Notes: generated by a model not told the origin, from the sequence alone. Numbered from the stretch's first letter, positions 15,869 through 24,788 are shown. The stretch: DNA of 37,914 nucleotides from an uncultured Candidatus Saccharibacteria bacterium (GCA_964623505.1 CAZUSP010000003.1:1-37914); one strand, 5' to 3'. A program made the numbers and translations.

Positions 15869-18800
15869 ATGTTTAAAATAAAAATAATAAGCCGTGTTTT
15901 GGCTGTAATCTTGATTCTTTTCGCCGCCTTAAGCACTCAAGCCGCGGTTTCGGTCAACCTGTCGCGAACAGAGACCGTCCGACATCTCGAAAACATACAA
16001 GAGGCCCTCAGATACTCCCTCCAGGATATCTTTGTCCGAAACCAGTTCGAGCGAATCAATGAGACAGCCGCCATGGCCACCGTTACCCGGTGCATCAACT
16101 CCGAAGCCGTCACTTACTGGATGACCGAAGTTCCAGTCCAGATAATCAAGGAGGTTGTGTGGCGAACGGCCCACTTGGCCAATGCTTTAATATCCAGTAA
16201 TACCATTGCTGTTTTGATCGAATCAATTGAACAGCTGACCATCAATCAATCCAAGCGGATCATTACCGAGTGGATGAAAGAAAACAGCTTGAGAGCAGTC
16301 AGTGGCGATTTAAGAGGATTCTACGAAGATCACCGCCGGGAAAAACACCGGCCTAAAATTCAATACACGATCGTTTACCATCCTGCCGGCAAAGATCGGG
16401 GACGAGTGGTGGCTGAATTTCGCTCACCTTATTCAAGTTCTCCCCCGACCGTTACCTCGCGCACTGTTTGGGACGTCCATGCTTGGCAAAAAACTGGGCA
16501 AAAAGAAATTCCCCCGTTTATCATTAGAATAAGCGGACCGGTCCATGAAAGAAATAGCCTTTTCCGTTGGGTTGAACAACCAAAAATTTCTGTTTCTTTT
16601 CCGGCCCAAGTTCCCAATATTTCAGTTGAAAATAAAACCAGCTTCTGGCAGAAATTGTTCGGTGGAATCATTGGATGGGGCCAGGAAAAAGCAAAAGGCT
16701 TGGCTGCCCGACTGACGCCTTCTCCCCAATCCTCAGACCGGAACGAGATCATAAAGCTTCAAGACGCCGTCAAAGAACTTCGTGAAATCGTCGAGAACGG
16801 ATCTGCTCCAAAAATAGAACCTGCTTTGGATCAAAATCTGTCCAACCTAATTGGCGACCTGTCAAAGGTGACTTCCAGCTTATCTGGATTGTCGGCAGAA
16901 AGCCAGATGATTAGTAAAGAAATGGCTCAAATCGCCAAGTACAGCACCGAAATAATGAGATGGCAAGCCGAAAATGAGCAAGGTAATCCCTCGGTCGCTG
17001 CAAAACCAGCGGTTGCCGCGCCAGAAGACAATCAAGAGAAAAAACCCGAATCCAGCTCTGCTCTCTGCCAAATAAACTCCTCGTCGCCGCCGGCTCATCA
17101 TCCCGTTGTTTTGAATGAAATAGCCTGGATGGGCCGAACCACATCCGCCAACCATGAATGGATTGAACTAAGAAACATCTCCGATAAAAAGATATCGCTG
17201 GCTGGCTGGCAGCTCTTCAATCGAAATCAGAATTTGATGGTTGTTTTCGAGAAAGATAAGGCCATCGAGCCCCAAGGATATTTTCTTCTGGTAAGAACAA
17301 ACAAAGAGAACGTGCCCGAAGCCAGCCCTGACTTGATCTATCCCGGCGCCGTCAAGAATCGAGACGAAGCCATTTATCTCTTCAATGAAAAATGTTCATT
17401 AATTGACCTGGCGCAGGCCAATCCAGAATGGACGGCCGGAGACAACGGCACCAAGAGAACAATGGAAAGAAGAGATAATTTGGAGTGGCAGACCAGCTTG
17501 CTGCCCCATGGCACTCCTCGGCAAGAAAACAGCCGTGGTTATCAGGAAGCCAACTCCCCCGTCCAGTCGGTGGTCGTAAACAGGACCCCCGTTAATACCG
17601 CAACTCCGGCGAACACCGACACTCAGGCACCAACGGCTAATGCCGGACCAGACCAAATAGTCAACTATAACGAAGTTGTTGTTTTGAACGCCAGCCTGTC
17701 TGGAGATAATGTCGGCATTGTGACCTATCGCTGGGACACCAGTAATGACGGGCTTTACAACCACGTCTCGTCTAAACACACTCTGGAAATTCCAGCCGGC
17801 CATTTCTCGCCTGGACAGCATGCTATTACTTTGCAGGTAGCTGATGCCGCTGGCCACACCAACCAGGACAGCCTGATCATCACCGTTCGAGAAATCCCGC
17901 CGATTCTGATCAGCGAAGTTCAATTTCACGGAGCAACCAATCACGACGAATTTATTGAGTTCTACAACCCCCGCTCCGAAGACGTCACTCTGGACCGATG
18001 GTCAATACGTAAAAAGACCTCCGGTGGAAAGGAAAGCCCCTTAGTCAGTTCGTCTGCCTTTAAGGGCATCATTCCGGCTCATAGCCACTTCTTGGTGGCC
18101 AGCCCGCAAAAGCAAGCCGACGGGACCCCTCATTACCAAGGAGGAACCGAACCTGATTTATACTATTCCGGACAAACCTATCACTTCGCGGCCAACAATA
18201 CCATCTTGCTTTATGCGCCAAATGGAACTCTGGTGGATAAGGTCGGGTATGGTACAGCCAGTGATTATCTGGGAAGCCCTTTTCCCGATAATCCTCCTGC
18301 CGGAATGAGCTTGGGCCGTCGCTGGAACCAAGAAAACGAAAGCTATTACAATACCCGCGATAATTCATCTGATTTCGAGCATCAAGTTCCTACGCCCGGA
18401 CAAAGAAACCAGTTCTTTCCCGGCCAAGAAGAAACTGATCTCCCAGAACAAGAAGAAACTGATCTCCCAGAACAAGAAGATGTTTTCCAGGACGGCTCGG
18501 CTGAATCCCCATTTCTGCTCTCTTCTTGTCACGACCTTGTTTTAATGGAAGAGCACCTGGGAGCATTCTATCGGTTAATCAACGACATTGACTGCCAAGA
18601 AACCGAAGATTGGAATGGCGGACAAGGATTCCGACCCATTGGCTTAGTTGACGATGTTCCTTTTATCGGGCAGCTCGACGGTCAGGGATTCTCTATCACG
18701 GGAATACATCAAGAACAGACCGACGGTCATTCTGGGTTATTCAACTGGTTAAGTTATCCGGCAAGAATCATTAACCTTAACTTGAAAGAATCCTATGCCG

Positions 18801-19591
18801 TTGCCTCTGGTTTCTACTCCGGGCTTTTAACCGGAAGAGTCAGTGGCCAAAGCAGTCAAGAGCCGGTCGTCATTGAGCGAGTGACGGTCCAAGGAGAGTT
18901 GGTGACTTCTCACTCGGCCACTAACGCTCCCCAACATGCCGGCGGCCTGATAGGCGGCGCAAGCCGGATCCAGGTTACCGATTCTCATACCAACATCATC
19001 ATCACCGCCAATCAAACTGGCCGCAACGACTCTACTGTTGGCGGGATGTTCGGTCAAGTTGAGTTAGCCGTGATTAAACGATGCTCTAGCCGGGGACAAA
19101 TATCAGGGCAGAGAAACATCGGTGGATTAATCGGCAAAAGCTGGTATGATGTCGTCATCCAAGAAAGCTACTCGCAAGTTAATATTGCGGGCCACAGCTT
19201 CTTGGGCGGATTCATTGGATCGACCAAGACGCTGGTCGGGACAATAAGCGATAATTACGCTACGGGAAATGTAATCGGCTGCTCTGAATCAGGCCAAATG
19301 ATTGGAGGATTTGTGGGAGAGTCCAATCAATGGATAGATCGGTCCTATTCTATCGGCCAAGTGCGGGGAGCCGGCGCCCGTGGATTCATTGGCGGACTAC
19401 CAATAAATCGGACCAACCCCGTGCGCTCCAGCTACTATGATGTAAACACCTCCGGCCGAAGCGGAAGCAACTTTGGCGCTATCGGGCTGACAACCGTTCA
19501 GATGAAACAGCAACTCAGTTTTTCGACATGGAACTTTGAACAAATATGGCGGATTAACGACAGCTATCCATTACTGCGCCAGAATCACTGA
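15869..19591 (+). CDS. Secreted LTD-PKD-LTD-GLUG multidomain surface protein (1240 aa)
   Basis: Signal peptide. Lamin-tail-like domains at aa ~411-553 (VVLNEIAWMG...NHEWIELRN...LAGWQL) and ~677-845 (ILISEVQFHG...DEFIEFYNP...LDRWSI). PKD-like module at aa ~588-674 (ANAGPDQIV...YRWD). The C-terminal ~360 aa carry repeated GLUG-type motifs (AGGLIGG, VGGMFG, IGGLIGK, LGGFIGS, IGGFVGE, GFIGGL). Confidence 0.85.
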   Translation: MFKIKIISRVLAVILILFAALSTQAAVSVNLSRTETVRHLENIQEALRYSLQDIFVRNQFERINETAAMATVTRCINSEAVTYWMTEVPVQIIKEVVWRTAHLANALISSNTIAVLIESIEQLTINQSKRIITEWMKENSLRAVSGDLRGFYEDHRREKHRPKIQYTIVYHPAGKDRGRVVAEFRSPYSSSPPTVTSRTVWDVHAWQKTGQKEIPPFIIRISGPVHERNSLFRWVEQPKISVSFPAQVPNISVENKTSFWQKLFGGIIGWGQEKAKGLAARLTPSPQSSDRNEIIKLQDAVKELREIVENGSAPKIEPALDQNLSNLIGDLSKVTSSLSGLSAESQMISKEMAQIAKYSTEIMRWQAENEQGNPSVAAKPAVAAPEDNQEKKPESSSALCQINSSSPPAHHPVVLNEIAWMGRTTSANHEWIELRNISDKKISLAGWQLFNRNQNLMVVFEKDKAIEPQGYFLLVRTNKENVPEASPDLIYPGAVKNRDEAIYLFNEKCSLIDLAQANPEWTAGDNGTKRTMERRDNLEWQTSLLPHGTPRQENSRGYQEANSPVQSVVVNRTPVNTATPANTDTQAPTANAGPDQIVNYNEVVVLNASLSGDNVGIVTYRWDTSNDGLYNHVSSKHTLEIPAGHFSPGQHAITLQVADAAGHTNQDSLIITVREIPPILISEVQFHGATNHDEFIEFYNPRSEDVTLDRWSIRKKTSGGKESPLVSSSAFKGIIPAHSHFLVASPQKQADGTPHYQGGTEPDLYYSGQTYHFAANNTILLYAPNGTLVDKVGYGTASDYLGSPFPDNPPAGMSLGRRWNQENESYYNTRDNSSDFEHQVPTPGQRNQFFPGQEETDLPEQEETDLPEQEDVFQDGSAESPFLLSSCHDLVLMEEHLGAFYRLINDIDCQETEDWNGGQGFRPIGLVDDVPFIGQLDGQGFSITGIHQEQTDGHSGLFNWLSYPARIINLNLKESYAVASGFYSGLLTGRVSGQSSQEPVVIERVTVQGELVTSHSATNAPQHAGGLIGGASRIQVTDSHTNIIITANQTGRNDSTVGGMFGQVELAVIKRCSSRGQISGQRNIGGLIGKSWYDVVIQESYSQVNIAGHSFLGGFIGSTKTLVGTISDNYATGNVIGCSESGQMIGGFVGESNQWIDRSYSIGQVRGAGARGFIGGLPINRTNPVRSSYYDVNTSGRSGSNFGAIGLTTVQMKQQLSFSTWNFEQIWRINDSYPLLRQNH
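18425..18480 (+). repeat. 24-nt in-frame tandem repeat (2.3 copies), encoding QEETDLPE
   Basis: CAAGAAGAAACTGATCTCCCAGAA occurs at 18425-18448 and 18449-18472, then a partial third copy follows. Confidence 0.9.
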
Positions 19592-19600
19592 AACTTTTGA

Positions 19601-19625
19601 AACCCCCGCCTTCAGGCGGGGGTTT
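19601..19625. terminator. Bidirectional rho-independent terminator
   Basis: AAA-CCCCCGCC-TTCA-GGCGGGGG-TTT, between the convergent LTD/GLUG gene and tRNA-Glu. Confidence 0.8.
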
Positions 19626-19655
19626 CAGATTGCTTCGCTAAGTGATAAGATAACG

Positions 19656-19727
19656 TAGCCCCGAGGAGAATCGAACTCCCGTTCCCAGGTTGAAAACCTG
19701 GTGTCCTGACCACTAGACGACGGGGCC
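19656..19727 (-). tRNA. tRNA-Glu (anticodon UUC)
   Basis: Cloverleaf folded by hand: GGCCCCG/TC/GTCTAGTGGTCAGGAC/A/CCAGG-TTTTCAA-CCTGG/.../GGGAG-TTCGATT-CTCCT/CGGGGCT-A. No CCA is encoded. Confidence 0.85.
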
Positions 19728-19770
19728 ATGACTCATATTCTACAAAGCCATCGATAAAAATCAAGCTAAA

Positions 19771-20952
19771 ATGAAGATACTTGGCATTGAAACCTCATGC
19801 GATGAGACCGCCTTGTCTGTTCTGACGATGAAAGGCCGCTTTCCCGACATTGAGATAGAAACATTAAGCAACATCGTGTCTTCACAGACCGAGGTCCACC
19901 GCCCCTGGGGCGGAATCGTTCCCAATCTAGCTCGTCGAGAGCACCAGAGGAATTTGGTTCCCCTGTTGAAAAAGACTTTAAAGGAATCCAAATCTGTCCA
20001 TAGCCAGTATCGATGGCCGTTAACAAAACAAGAAAAGAATATCATAAAACAAGTTCTGGGGCGAGAAAAAAACCTCGGCCGAAAACTAAAATTCTTTCTG
20101 CATCGGTATGGCCGGCCGGATCTAGACCTGATTGCCGTTACTGTCGGCCCGGGACTAGAGCCAGCCCTCTGGATTGGGACCAACTTGGCCCTCGCTCTAT
20201 CCAAGATATGGGGCGTGCCCATAATACCAGTTGACCACATTGAAGCCCATATCATGGCCAACTGGCTGACATTTCCTAAACCAGAAAGATGGCCCATGGT
20301 CGCCCTGGTCGTTTCCGGCGGCCACACCGAACTGGTCTTGATGAACGGTCCCGGTTCTTACGAGATAATCGGACAGACTCGGGATGATGCCGCTGGTGAG
20401 TGTTTTGATAAGGCCGCTCGAGTTCTGGAATTGGGCTATCCCGGTGGACCGGCTATCTCTGAACTGGCCACTCGGTGGCGACAAACAGATCAAGCCCATG
20501 TACCGGAACAAATAAAACAAATAACTCTTCCCCGACCAATGATCCAGTCCCCTGACTACAACTTTAGCTTCTCGGGGTTGAAAACAGCCGTTCTCTATCG
20601 CCACCAAAGATACCCACAACAACTAAAAAACTCTCCTTTCTACCGGTTGAAAATGGCCGCCGAAATCGAAGAGGCCATCACTGATGTTTTGGTCGCCAAA
20701 ACCATAAAGGCCGCCCAAGACCATAGGGCCCAAACCATACTCCTGGGGGGCGGGGTGGCCGCCAATGGGTGGTTGCGGCTTAATTTAGAAAAAGAAGTCA
20801 AAAGGATCGGGCGCTCTTTCTTTGTTCCTCCGGCCGATCTTTGCACTGACAATGCCGCCATCATTGCTCTGACTGGAGCCATCCACTCAAAAAAAGCACG
20901 ATTATTTGATACAATTGAAGTTAAGGCTAATCTTAATCTAAATAATGGATAA
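19771..20952 (+). CDS. tsaD: tRNA N6-adenosine threonylcarbamoyltransferase TsaD
   Basis: MKILGIETSCDETA..., IAVTVGPGLEPAL, VDHIEAHI, VSGGHTEL, DDAAGECFDK, FSFSGLKT, LGGGVAAN. At 393 aa it is longer than typical. Confidence 0.9.
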   Translation: MKILGIETSCDETALSVLTMKGRFPDIEIETLSNIVSSQTEVHRPWGGIVPNLARREHQRNLVPLLKKTLKESKSVHSQYRWPLTKQEKNIIKQVLGREKNLGRKLKFFLHRYGRPDLDLIAVTVGPGLEPALWIGTNLALALSKIWGVPIIPVDHIEAHIMANWLTFPKPERWPMVALVVSGGHTELVLMNGPGSYEIIGQTRDDAAGECFDKAARVLELGYPGGPAISELATRWRQTDQAHVPEQIKQITLPRPMIQSPDYNFSFSGLKTAVLYRHQRYPQQLKNSPFYRLKMAAEIEEAITDVLVAKTIKAAQDHRAQTILLGGGVAANGWLRLNLEKEVKRIGRSFFVPPADLCTDNAAIIALTGAIHSKKARLFDTIEVKANLNLNNG

Positions 20953-22996
20953 ACGTTTTAATTTCCGAGAAGCTGAACCCAGAATATATCAAAAATGGGA
21001 AGAGGGTGGTTATTTCAATCCCGACAAATTACCCGGTAAAAGAAAAAGAACCTTCACCGTTGTTATCCCCCCGCCGAATATAACCGGCTCTCTGCACATG
21101 GGTCACGCTCTTAATGCCGCCGTTCAGGATGCCGTTGTTCGTCGGCAAAGAATGATGGGCGATCGAACTCTTTGGCTGCCGGGTTTTGATCACGCCGGAA
21201 TCGCCACCCAGAATGTGATTGAAAAGAAGCTATGGAAAGAAAAGAATTTGACCCGATTCGATCTGGGCAAACAAGAATTCATCAGAGAGATCTGGCGGTG
21301 GAAAGAGGAATATCAGGAAATAATCACCGGGCAGCTGAAAAAGATCGGAGCCTCCTGCGACTGGTCCCGCACCAGATTCACCCTGGATCAAGATTATAGT
21401 CAGGCCGTTCAAAAAGCTTTCCATCATTATTATCAAAAAGGATGGATTTATCGCAAAGAAAGAATCGTTAACTGGTGCCCCCGCTGCGGAACCGCCCTTT
21501 CCGATCTGGAACTGGAGCATCAACCCGAGAAAACTCATCTTTGGTATATAAAGTACCCATTAAATGACCATCGCCATCTGACCATCGCCACCACCCGCCC
21601 CGAAACAATGTTCGGCGACCTGGCCGTAGCCGTCAACCCGAAAGATAGACGCTATCAAGAGCTCATCGGTCAAAAAGTCAACCTCCCTTTAACCGATCAA
21701 CATATTCCGATTATTGCCGATGAAATGATCGATCCTGAATTTGGAACCGGTGCCTTAAAATTAACTCCGTCCCACGATCCAATAGACGCTGAGATTGGCG
21801 AGCGTCACCAGCTTGGCTTAAAGACGGTCATTTCTCCCGAAGGAAAGTTAAATGACCTGGTTCCGGAAGCATATCGCCAGCTGACTCTAGCCGAAGCGAG
21901 GAAAAAGATAGTTGCCGATCTTTCCGCCCTAGAGTTGATAGATAAGATCGAGGATTATGAACACGATGTTCCGATCTGTGAAAGATGCCGAACAAAGGTT
22001 GAAACCGTCCCTTCCGAACAGTGGTTTTTAAAAATGGAACATCTGGCTAAAATGGCCGCTGAACCAGTTCGGTCCGGCCAGATAAAATTTCATCCCGGTC
22101 GATGGAAAAAGGTTTATTTGAGCTGGCTGGACAACGTTCAGGACTGGTGTCTTTCAAGACAGATATGGTGGGGGCATCCTATCCCGCTGGAAAACGAAGA
22201 AGATGTTCTTGATACCTGGTTCAGCTCGGCCCTCTGGCCAATAGCGACCATGGGCTGGCCCGATGAGACCGATGATCTAAAAAAATTCTATCCAACGAAT
22301 TTTCTTTCAACCGCGACCGAGATAATAAATCTCTGGGTTGCACGGATGATCTTTTCTGGTCTAGAGTTCAAACAAAAGATACCTTTCTCCGAGGTCTACT
22401 TCCATCCAACTATATTGGACAAAAAAGGAAAAAGAATGAGCAAATCTTTGGGCACCGGCGTGGACCCGCTTGACCTGATATCTCGGTATGGAGCTGATGC
22501 CACTCGCTTTGGCCTTCTTTGGCAAACCGGTTCAAGCCGCCAAGATATAAGATTCGGCGAAGAAGACATCGCCATGGGTCAGAAATTCACGACTAAGATC
22601 TGGAATGCTTCCCGGTTCATCATCAGCCAGGCTGAAAAACATGAAGCTGGTTTAATCAGCCTCAAGAACAATCAAGAATCAGAGATCGTCTCTAAAACAA
22701 AACAAATGATCGCTACCGTTGATCGCCTAATGGATCGGTATCGCTTTGATCAATCTGCTCAAACCATCTATCACTTTTTCTGGCATGATTTTTGCGACCA
22801 GTATTTAGAACAGGCGAAAGCCAAAATAGATGAACCAGGGACCAGAATGACAACACTAAATGATCTGTTTTATGTGCTGACCAGCACCTTGAAGCTCTTA
22901 CACCCATTTATGCCATTTGTCACCGAAGAAATATATCAAAAGCTGCCTTTAGCCGAAAAAAAAGATTCCCTGATGATTGAAACCTGGCCCGATTAA
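20945..22996 (+). CDS. valS: Valine--tRNA ligase (short form, 683 aa)
   Basis: PPPNITGSLHMGHAL (HIGH), editing-domain TTRPETMFGD, WCLSRQIWWGH, DTWFSS, KMSKSLG. Overlaps tsaD by 8 nt. Confidence 0.9.
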   Translation: MDKRFNFREAEPRIYQKWEEGGYFNPDKLPGKRKRTFTVVIPPPNITGSLHMGHALNAAVQDAVVRRQRMMGDRTLWLPGFDHAGIATQNVIEKKLWKEKNLTRFDLGKQEFIREIWRWKEEYQEIITGQLKKIGASCDWSRTRFTLDQDYSQAVQKAFHHYYQKGWIYRKERIVNWCPRCGTALSDLELEHQPEKTHLWYIKYPLNDHRHLTIATTRPETMFGDLAVAVNPKDRRYQELIGQKVNLPLTDQHIPIIADEMIDPEFGTGALKLTPSHDPIDAEIGERHQLGLKTVISPEGKLNDLVPEAYRQLTLAEARKKIVADLSALELIDKIEDYEHDVPICERCRTKVETVPSEQWFLKMEHLAKMAAEPVRSGQIKFHPGRWKKVYLSWLDNVQDWCLSRQIWWGHPIPLENEEDVLDTWFSSALWPIATMGWPDETDDLKKFYPTNFLSTATEIINLWVARMIFSGLEFKQKIPFSEVYFHPTILDKKGKRMSKSLGTGVDPLDLISRYGADATRFGLLWQTGSSRQDIRFGEEDIAMGQKFTTKIWNASRFIISQAEKHEAGLISLKNNQESEIVSKTKQMIATVDRLMDRYRFDQSAQTIYHFFWHDFCDQYLEQAKAKIDEPGTRMTTLNDLFYVLTSTLKLLHPFMPFVTEEIYQKLPLAEKKDSLMIETWPD

Positions 22997-22997
22997 T

Positions 22998-23681
22998 ATG
23001 TCCTTCTTTCTCTTGCTTATCTTTGCCCTAATGCCATCGTTCATCTGGCTTTGGTTTTTTTTACAAAGAGACCGCGACCCTGAACCTCGCTGGATGTTGA
23101 TCAAGGTTTTTCTCTTAGGGGCTTTAATGGTTGTTCCGGCAATCGGTTTTCAATCGGTGCTCGCATTCATTCCGCTGATTTTCATCATATCACTGATCCT
23201 GTCAGCCTTAATCGAAGAAGTAGTTAAATATTGGGCAAGTCGGACAGTTCTCCGTTCTCCGGAATTTGACGAGCCGGTGGATGCCATGATTTATATGATC
23301 ACCGCCGGGCTAGGATTCGCCGCGGCTGAAAATCTTCTGCTGTTGATCGGACCAATGGTCGGAACTATTTCCGATGCAATCGGTATTAGTATTTTGAGAT
23401 TTTTAACGGCCACTTTTATCCATGCCCTGGCCCCGGGTCTTTGGGGATATTTTATTGCCCGACAAAGATTCCAAAACAAGAAGTGCTTCTGGTGGGGACT
23501 AATCGCCGCCACGGCCGTTCATGCCGTCTATAATTTGGCCATCTTTGGCTTAAGCGACCGGATGGACAATCAGCCCTATTTGATTTATGCTTTATTGCTG
23601 ATCGTTCCCTTAGGAATTGGCATCTTAGAAGTGGTTGTCTTTACCCGATTAAAAAAAATAAAACATCAAGAAAATGATTAA
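22998..23681 (+). CDS. PrsW-family intramembrane metalloprotease
   Basis: ATG at 22998, 1 nt after the valS stop. Polytopic, with EEVVKYW, GLGFAAAENL and FIHALAPGLWGY motifs. Confidence 0.7.
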   Translation: MSFFLLLIFALMPSFIWLWFFLQRDRDPEPRWMLIKVFLLGALMVVPAIGFQSVLAFIPLIFIISLILSALIEEVVKYWASRTVLRSPEFDEPVDAMIYMITAGLGFAAAENLLLLIGPMVGTISDAIGISILRFLTATFIHALAPGLWGYFIARQRFQNKKCFWWGLIAATAVHAVYNLAIFGLSDRMDNQPYLIYALLLIVPLGIGILEVVVFTRLKKIKHQEND

Positions 23682-24042
23682 GAAAACAACTCCAAAAAAA
23701 GAAAAACAATGGCTGGAATCAGAAGGAAAGCTGGTTATTGATGTCATTGAACACAAGGACTATTATCTAGTCCAATCAGCCATTGCCGGCATTGAGACCA
23801 AGAACTTGGAGATCGTTTTCAAAAATAATATGCTTTCTGTCAAAGGTCACCGCCCAAAGCCGTCGTCAGATAATGGCACCTATCTTCTCCAAGAATGCTA
23901 TTGGGGACCATTCTCTCGTCAGATATCTTTAGATGAAAGCGTTGATCCTGGCCGGATCAAGGCTTCAATCAAAGACGGAATTTTGATCATCAAAGTCCCC
24001 CGCCTGCCTCAAGAAAAGCAGAAAATCGAGGTCAAGAAATAA
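23674..24042 (+). CDS. Hsp20-family small heat-shock protein (short)
   Basis: 122 aa. LVIDVIEHKDYYLVQSAIAGIETKNLEIVFKNNMLSVKGHR...FSRQISL...ASIKDGILIIKVPR. Overlaps the PrsW gene by 8 nt. Confidence 0.8.
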   Translation: MIKKTTPKKEKQWLESEGKLVIDVIEHKDYYLVQSAIAGIETKNLEIVFKNNMLSVKGHRPKPSSDNGTYLLQECYWGPFSRQISLDESVDPGRIKASIKDGILIIKVPRLPQEKQKIEVKK

Positions 24043-24043
24043 C

Positions 24044-24071
24044 AAAACCCCCCGGTTAAGGGAGGGTTTTT
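24044..24071. terminator. Bidirectional hairpin terminator between convergent genes
   Basis: AAAACCCCCC-GGTTAA-GGGAGGGTTTTT: 10-bp stem with one mismatch, with A and T runs on either side. Confidence 0.6.
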
Positions 24072-24075
24072 CTAC

Positions 24076-24510
24076 TCAACTAAGCCCGGTAATAAAAATG
24101 ACCGCCGCCGGGATAATTCGAGCCAAAAGGGCAACAATCATTCCAACCACCGCAAAGGTGATGATCCGAGTGGCTCTGGTGGTTTTGCTCGGATCGCCAG
24201 CCGAAGTCATAAAGGTCAGGGCTCCATAAAGAACCATTATCGTAACTATAACCACCAGCAGATAAAACACCCAATTCACCACATGATGAACTGCCCCAAC
24301 CATACAGATGATGCCCCAATCTTCATGAGTATCGCTGCTAATTTCATCTCCTCGATGATAAGACTCTTCCCCTAGTCGAAAACTAGCTCGCAGAGTGCAG
24401 CCGGTATATTCTCCCTCCGGCAGAATGCTCCGGTTGTCTCTACTGCCCAGGGCCAGAATCGGAACCAGCAGGATAAAAGTTATTGTGAAAAGAAAAATTC
24501 TTTTACTCAT
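24076..24510 (-). CDS. CPR-type pilin-domain protein (TrbC/VirB2-like, T4SS pilin family), 144 aa
   Basis: Signal peptide and a short Cys-containing ectodomain. Ends in the two-helix pilin signature VVNWVFYLLVVIVTIMVLYGALTFMTSAGDPSKTTRATRIITFAVVGMIVALLARIIP. Confidence 0.75.
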   Translation of the reverse strand: MSKRIFLFTITFILLVPILALGSRDNRSILPEGEYTGCTLRASFRLGEESYHRGDEISSDTHEDWGIICMVGAVHHVVNWVFYLLVVIVTIMVLYGALTFMTSAGDPSKTTRATRIITFAVVGMIVALLARIIPAAVIFITGLS

Positions 24511-24555
24511 AATTTAATATTCAAACCGGATACATTATAACCTATTTGCAAGACA

Positions 24556-24760
24556 AAACAAAGACCGTCAAGAAAAGCGGTCTTGTTTGAGCTCTCGCGG
24601 TGCAGTATTCTTAAAGTAGTCCGAACGCATTTCGCCGCCTGCGGCGGCGAGGAAGCCCCCACCAAAAATGAGTGGCTTCGCCGCACCGATGACAATTTCA
24701 AGTTTTTTAGCGAGCAAAGTCCGCTAGTGAAATCTTAAAAGATTTCATCTTTGGCGGCAA
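24556..24760 (-). promoter_or_regulatory. Promoter-like element, structured GC-rich RNA and intrinsic terminator upstream of the pilin gene (leader or independent sRNA)
   Basis: On the minus strand: TTGCCG (24760-24755), 17 nt, TAAGAT (24737-24732). Nested complementary segments follow: GCTCGC/GCGAGAGC, CGGTGC/GCACCG, GCGGCGAAGCCAC...GTGGGGGCTTCCTCGCCGC and GCCGCC-GCA-GGCGGC. The terminator hairpin is AAGACCG/CGGTCTT (24584-24561) plus a T-rich tail. The pilin ATG lies about 45 nt further on. Confidence 0.3.
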
Positions 24761-24788
24761 ATTCTTTTATGGAATAGAGAGAACACAA

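Noticed and set aside
19761-20327. Long antisense or out-of-frame ORFs inside confident genes, such as 19761..20327 opposite tsaD
   Set aside because: These are shadow ORFs. They lie wholly within well-supported genes on the other strand or in another frame, and they have low-complexity or Arg/Ser/Pro-rich translations with no motifs. The same applies to 384..1418 opposite the peptidase, 7594..11188 within and opposite the giant gene, 12890..13678 in the Na/Pi gene, 15929..19057 opposite the LTD gene, 28138..30797 opposite gyrA, and 35403..36131 within and opposite ftsH.
24507-24701. 64-aa ORF in the pilin-upstream intergenic region, and the 19-codon plus-strand ORF at 24668
   Set aside because: The translation is Arg/Ser/Ala-rich low complexity produced by the GC-rich hairpins. 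It overlaps the pilin start and the terminator hairpin. An RNA-structure explanation fits better.
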